45,988 nt of DNA from a virus: the IMG/VR virus record IMGVR_UViG_3300045988_087605, positions 1-45,988 of that record, one strand, 5' to 3'. Both the position numbers and the translations under genes were made by a program. How positions within the stretch are numbered: position 1 is the first letter of the stretch; every line of letters starts with the position of its first letter. The notes under the pieces were generated by a model. The model did no database searches and had not been told where the DNA came from. It saw only the letters and a list, made by a program, of their open reading frames with translations. This document shows, piece after piece, positions 41,622-45,988 of the stretch.

Positions 41622-44600
41622 ATGGAAGTACATAACAACTTTAGTCCTTTGGCGTTTAGAAAGAAAGAATCTAAAGCCACATACGAAAAATGGTACGCTT
41701 TCGGGAAGAATTATGCTATCCCCGCAAGCGCAAATACGCTTATACCTTTCCAGTTTACCGATGTAAATGTAGGAGAGGTTCAGCCCGATTCTATTGAGGT
41801 TGTAGCGGTAAACCAAGAAACCGGAGAGAACATTAAAACAGGTGTGTATGTTAGTCGTGACGACATGCCCGAACATGGCAGCGTTCTGTACGTGTCACCC
41901 GGTAAGAACTTGTTTCGTGAGGCTTTGCCACAGGGTACATATCGGGCGGAGTTTTCAATCGGAACACAGTTTTATATTTCAACTCCTTTTTGTGTTATTC
42001 CCGGTATCGAAACAAGTAGCAAATATCTGTTGATTGAGTATTGGAACGATGAAAAGATCGCATATCCGGGTGGCTTTATTACAACGGGTGCGAACAATGA
42101 CTTCCGGTATCAGATGTATGTTCCTGCAACGATCTGCAAACCTAAATACGAGTTTGAAGAAGAGCTAACCAAACGTGCCGGATACAAGTTTTTGGAACTG
42201 CAAACGTCTACGAAGGTGTACGCCTTTACATTCGTTGCACCGGAGTTTATTTGTGACGCTATGCGACTGATTCGCCTATCTGACTATATCCGAATTTCGC
42301 ACGATGGCGAATATTACAACGCTCTCAACTTCGAGTTTGATGTTGATTGGCAGGAACAATTATATTTGGCTGCTGTTGACTGCCAGTTTGAGACGGACTC
42401 AATCATACAAAAACTCCCTTCTTTCAATAGACGAGATAAAGCGTCTTTTTATAATGCCCTATTAGCGAACATTGATACACCTATAATGTTCTCTCCCGAT
42501 ACCGTAGGGCTGTATTACAAAGAGTATCGGGAAACAGAGCCAGTAGTCAAGGGTAAATTGATCCGGGAGCTATCGCCTATTGACTTGATAGATGAAAATA
42601 CAACTATTGCCGTTGATTTGGGTACAGGTGAGGCGAGAAAGTTTAACTTATACCGAATGTTGCAGGACTATATTTCTAAGGCGCATGAAGACGCAACGGA
42701 CTTTTTGTTACATCTTCGTGGAGGTGCAACATTTGGAGATGATATTTCGGGTAGCGCTGCGCACATAAATTCGGCAGGCGCAGCAAGATTTAACGATGTT
42801 GATGCAGACGCAGTTTCTGCCGATGCCGTTGACGTTGGTTCTTTGTTGTCGGTGGGTAATACTGCATTTACGGTTAACAAGTCGGGAAAGACGGACACAG
42901 GCGAGCTTACAGCAAGGGGAAAAGCGTATCTCACAGAGGACGTTTATACAGGTGGCGGAACTGGAACGATAACGAAAGACGGACAATTAAAATACCTTTC
43001 TGCAATTATCCAACAGTTCCTATCATCCCCTACGTTCGTTTCCGGTTTTCTTGGAGAGGGCTTTAAAATATGGGTCGAGAATGGCAATTGGCATATAGAA
43101 TGTGACAATTTGACAGTAAGACAGACTATGAATATATTTGAGCTACTTATCCAAAAGATAAGGAGCGTTAACGGGGCTATTGTTGTGTCCCAATCAAACG
43201 GCAAGGTTACAGCCGTAGAGGACACCGGAACGCAGTACAAAATCACGTTCGGAGAGGAATTTCCCACCTTTCAAGAAGGTGACTTGATACGCTGTCAGTC
43301 ATGGAGTAAGAATGCGCTTAAATTTTATTGGGTAGAGGTTAAGACAGCAGCAGCAGACGGTTATGTTCTTTGCGACAAGTCTGAGTTTAACAACGTTGTT
43401 CCGGCTGTTGGCGATGAAGTCGTGCAGATGGGTAACACGAAGAATGCGGAACGGCAAGCATTGATTTATATCACAGCACAAGAAAGCGGCAAACCGTACA
43501 TTGAGATTCTGAACGGTGTCAAGACAAAGAGTCTGACCGGGACAGACCGCACCCGTCTTGGCGATTTGTCTAACATTGTAGACCCAGATTTCACAGGTGA
43601 GGCGGCTGTTAAAGGAACTGGATTCTACTCTACTAACGCCTTTTTAAAGGGTATCTTTGTATTGCGCAATGGTAAGCGTGTGGAGGACGAAATTAAGATT
43701 GCAAAGGACGCAGCCGATAAGGCAGCACAAGACGCAGCTAATGCACAGGGAACTGCAAATGCGGCAAAAGAAAGGCTTGACAAATGGGCTGACGATGGTT
43801 TTATATCTCCTACTGAAAAGCCCGCTTTGATTGATGAAGGAAAGCGTATACAGGCAGAGTTTTTGCAGATAAAAAATAACGCTGACAAATACGGTGTATC
43901 CGTTACTGAATATACCAAGGCTTATGAAGATTATTTAAATGAACTTAGATACCATTCCGCCCAACAGCCGGAAGATATTGCGGTGCGTCCGGAACTTGCA
44001 AAGACGCAAGTGATATACTACGATCGGAGAAACGGAGCGTTGAACGCTATTGCGAACGCTGCAAAGAGCTACGTAGATGAAGCTGACAAGAAGCTAAAGG
44101 AGTATTTAGATACGGAGATCACAGCGATACCCGGTAAGATTGAACTTGCTGTACGGAGTCTGAAAACGGCAAATTATAACTTGCTGTTAGATAGTAACCA
44201 CACGCTTAGCGCAAACCCGTATGAGCTTGGATCATACAAATATGATGTTCATTTAGTGAAAGGTAAATCTTATACGTTGACTGTTTGTTACAAGTGTGCA
44301 GATTCGGACGATGTTGTAGCGTATAATAACCCTTATTTCGGTTATTTGGCTATATTACCGAAAAGCGCAGAGGAAACAATTGTTTCAACTAAAATAACGC
44401 CTTCGTATGATGATGCAGCGTATTTCTATTTCTATAAAACTCCACAGAAAGAAACAACCCAAACGTATGTAAAATGGGCTGTTATTACTGAGGGTGATAT
44501 TGGTGTAGCCGCATGGATACCGTCACGCACGGAGGTAAGAACGGGTATTAGAAACTTGTTTCCAATATCGCGGATGCAGACAGCAACTAATAAACAGTTT

Positions 44601-45988
44601 AACTATTTTGATATAACAGGATGGGGCGCAACTGTATACAGTGAGGAAGAATTTAAGTCTAGATTTAAACCTTCCACAAAATACACTATAACAGGAAGAT
44701 ACACCATTCTTGGCAAGCCGGCAGCAGGAGCGGGATATAAAGAAAGCGCTTTGGCTTTTTCTATGTGTAATAACACTAACCTTATAGAACTTTGGCGTAA
44801 AAACGTAGGGAATGAAGCGGTAGGAACTTCCGGAGATATATTAAACACATTTACAACCCCTTCCAATTTGGACGGATATAGAATAATTGCGTATACGATA
44901 TACGACTCCGGGAACGTTGGCGAGTCCCGTTTTACTGACTTAATGGTATCAGAAGGTATTGAGGCGGTAGGATGGACACAAGCGCCGGAAGATATAGAAT
45001 ACGACTACCGGAAGTATACCGATACGCAGATTCTTGCTGTTGATGGTAAGATAGAATTATCCGTATCTACTAAGGTTAACCAAATAGGTGTAGGAGGTGA
45101 TAATTTAGTTAAATATTACTCTGATGTCCTCGAATCTTATCGCCCTTACAATACGAAGCCAGTTGTTAAGGATAGCTATGTGATGGAAACCACTTGGAAC
45201 AGTAGTAATACAGCAGGCATACTAACCATAAGAAATGAAAGGTATGTTGATAGTCAACCCGAAATAAAAGATTTTTGTTATAGGTTTAGGATGCTTGTTA
45301 ACGGAGTTGCCGCAACAAAGGATATACTTAGAGGTAAGAAAATTACAACTTATGCCTCTTCCGGTGAAATGTATTACGATCAAGACGGTGTTTTTTACGG
45401 TTTCGTTAAAGATAATAAGGCTGATTGGTTTATACACGTTCCTACAAATGGCTTAAACGGTGGTGATGTTATACGAATAGAAAAGTTTATTGTCGCGAAA
45501 GGAACTGTTTGCCCTAACTTTTCCCCCGCTTCTGATGATATTAGTTTCCTAAATCAGAAGTTTACCTTATCTAAGATAGAGGTATTGGATGGAAAAATTT
45601 CATCAACGGTACAACAAATAGAATCGGTTGACGGGAAAGTTACCGGACTCGCTTCACGTGTAGACCAAACCGAAAATAGTATAACGTCTGTTGTTGGACG
45701 TGTAGACGTGCTGGATAAAACAACCGTTAGGGTTGCTACGAAGGTTATTGATTTGGTTGGTTGGGATAACAATAAATTCTATCCTTTAGTTATCAACATA
45801 GGACAAAACCACAAAAGAAAGATTGAAATAGACCGTCCGTTAGGTGGTGAACTTGGAAAGCCTTCATACAGTACTCACGATAGCGGTTTTTCTATGAACT
45901 TAACGTTTGAAATGTCCGGTGAAGGTTGGGGTGCGTTGCCAGCAGTAACCAATATCTTTGACTATACTAAAGCATGGATTTCTGCGGG
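41622..45988 (+). CDS. tail fibre / host-specificity protein, N-terminal 1455 codons (open at the window end; continues at nt 1)
   Basis: ATG 41622. I read no in-frame stop through to 45988, and the ORF is absent from the track only because it has no stop inside the window. Contains 'NLTVRQTMNIFELLIQKIRSVNG' and the coiled coil 'AKDAADKAAQDAANAQGTANAAKERLDKWADDGFISPTEK', both typical of phage fibre/tip proteins. Confidence 0.75.
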   Translation, partial: MEVHNNFSPLAFRKKESKATYEKWYAFGKNYAIPASANTLIPFQFTDVNVGEVQPDSIEVVAVNQETGENIKTGVYVSRDDMPEHGSVLYVSPGKNLFREALPQGTYRAEFSIGTQFYISTPFCVIPGIETSSKYLLIEYWNDEKIAYPGGFITTGANNDFRYQMYVPATICKPKYEFEEELTKRAGYKFLELQTSTKVYAFTFVAPEFICDAMRLIRLSDYIRISHDGEYYNALNFEFDVDWQEQLYLAAVDCQFETDSIIQKLPSFNRRDKASFYNALLANIDTPIMFSPDTVGLYYKEYRETEPVVKGKLIRELSPIDLIDENTTIAVDLGTGEARKFNLYRMLQDYISKAHEDATDFLLHLRGGATFGDDISGSAAHINSAGAARFNDVDADAVSADAVDVGSLLSVGNTAFTVNKSGKTDTGELTARGKAYLTEDVYTGGGTGTITKDGQLKYLSAIIQQFLSSPTFVSGFLGEGFKIWVENGNWHIECDNLTVRQTMNIFELLIQKIRSVNGAIVVSQSNGKVTAVEDTGTQYKITFGEEFPTFQEGDLIRCQSWSKNALKFYWVEVKTAAADGYVLCDKSEFNNVVPAVGDEVVQMGNTKNAERQALIYITAQESGKPYIEILNGVKTKSLTGTDRTRLGDLSNIVDPDFTGEAAVKGTGFYSTNAFLKGIFVLRNGKRVEDEIKIAKDAADKAAQDAANAQGTANAAKERLDKWADDGFISPTEKPALIDEGKRIQAEFLQIKNNADKYGVSVTEYTKAYEDYLNELRYHSAQQPEDIAVRPELAKTQVIYYDRRNGALNAIANAAKSYVDEADKKLKEYLDTEITAIPGKIELAVRSLKTANYNLLLDSNHTLSANPYELGSYKYDVHLVKGKSYTLTVCYKCADSDDVVAYNNPYFGYLAILPKSAEETIVSTKITPSYDDAAYFYFYKTPQKETTQTYVKWAVITEGDIGVAAWIPSRTEVRTGIRNLFPISRMQTATNKQFNYFDITGWGATVYSEEEFKSRFKPSTKYTITGRYTILGKPAAGAGYKESALAFSMCNNTNLIELWRKNVGNEAVGTSGDILNTFTTPSNLDGYRIIAYTIYDSGNVGESRFTDLMVSEGIEAVGWTQAPEDIEYDYRKYTDTQILAVDGKIELSVSTKVNQIGVGGDNLVKYYSDVLESYRPYNTKPVVKDSYVMETTWNSSNTAGILTIRNERYVDSQPEIKDFCYRFRMLVNGVAATKDILRGKKITTYASSGEMYYDQDGVFYGFVKDNKADWFIHVPTNGLNGGDVIRIEKFIVAKGTVCPNFSPASDDISFLNQKFTLSKIEVLDGKISSTVQQIESVDGKVTGLASRVDQTENSITSVVGRVDVLDKTTVRVATKVIDLVGWDNNKFYPLVINIGQNHKRKIEIDRPLGGELGKPSYSTHDSGFSMNLTFEMSGEGWGALPAVTNIFDYTKAWISA
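45967..45988. repeat. 22-nt exact duplicate of nt 1-22 (circular-assembly overlap)
   Basis: ctaaagcatggatttctgcggg occurs at both window ends. Confidence 0.9.

Noticed and set aside
41622-45988. Diversity-generating retroelement acting on the giant fibre gene.
   Set aside because: There is no reverse transcriptase ORF anywhere in the genome. I saw no template/variable repeat pair matching the fibre 3' end.
1-45988. tRNA, tmRNA or rRNA genes, transposases or IS elements.
   Set aside because: The intergenic spacers are short and are accounted for by promoters, terminators and hairpins. No cloverleaf-like segments or transposase-like ORFs were noticed. A tRNAscan or Infernal run would be needed to be definitive.

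Overview
The window is a complete, circularly closed genome of a tailed dsDNA bacteriophage. It holds about 45,966 bp of unique sequence, and nt 1-22 are repeated exactly as nt 45967-45988. All of the roughly 80 credible genes lie on the + strand; every minus-strand track ORF overlaps a + strand gene and looks like a shadow. Intergenic regions carry Bacteroidota-type sigma-A promoter boxes (-33 TTTG / -7 TAnnTTTG) and A/T-rich leaders, so the host is probably a Bacteroidales/Bacteroidota bacterium (inference). Layout: (i) lysis cassette at 1351-3250, with holin-like protein, M15 peptidase endolysin and a membrane-anchored spanin-like protein. (ii) Early/DNA-metabolism region at 3660-21329. It contains many small proteins, a candidate surface lipoprotein, a DUF1351-like protein, ThyA, an ERF annealase, a C5-methyltransferase-like gene broken at an A8 run, a PD-(D/E)XK nuclease, a Rha/KilAC antirepressor, a wHTH initiator-like gene with internal iterons, a RuvC-like resolvase, HNH, SSB, a MazG-like protein and DUF3310. 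(iii) Late region at 21486-41562, with TerS, TerL, portal, scaffold, major capsid, tape measure and a Dit-like protein. It is followed by a fibre ORF of about 1869 aa that opens at 41622, runs off the window end and finishes at 1265. I saw no integrase, repressor, tRNA, CRISPR array, reverse transcriptase or DNA polymerase/helicase/primase. The most unusual points are these. An island of about 3.5 kb, bounded by terminators and driven by an early-type promoter, splits the late operon. That island carries a tandem family of five overlapping genes with six copies of an unrecognised four-cysteine module. A conserved promoter/leader cassette is repeated seven times. One orphan copy of that cassette has no ATG ORF. 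Ori-like iterons sit inside the initiator gene. Two homopolymer slip sites occur in coding sequence. All functional calls rest on motif recognition by eye; no database search, folding or statistics could be run.
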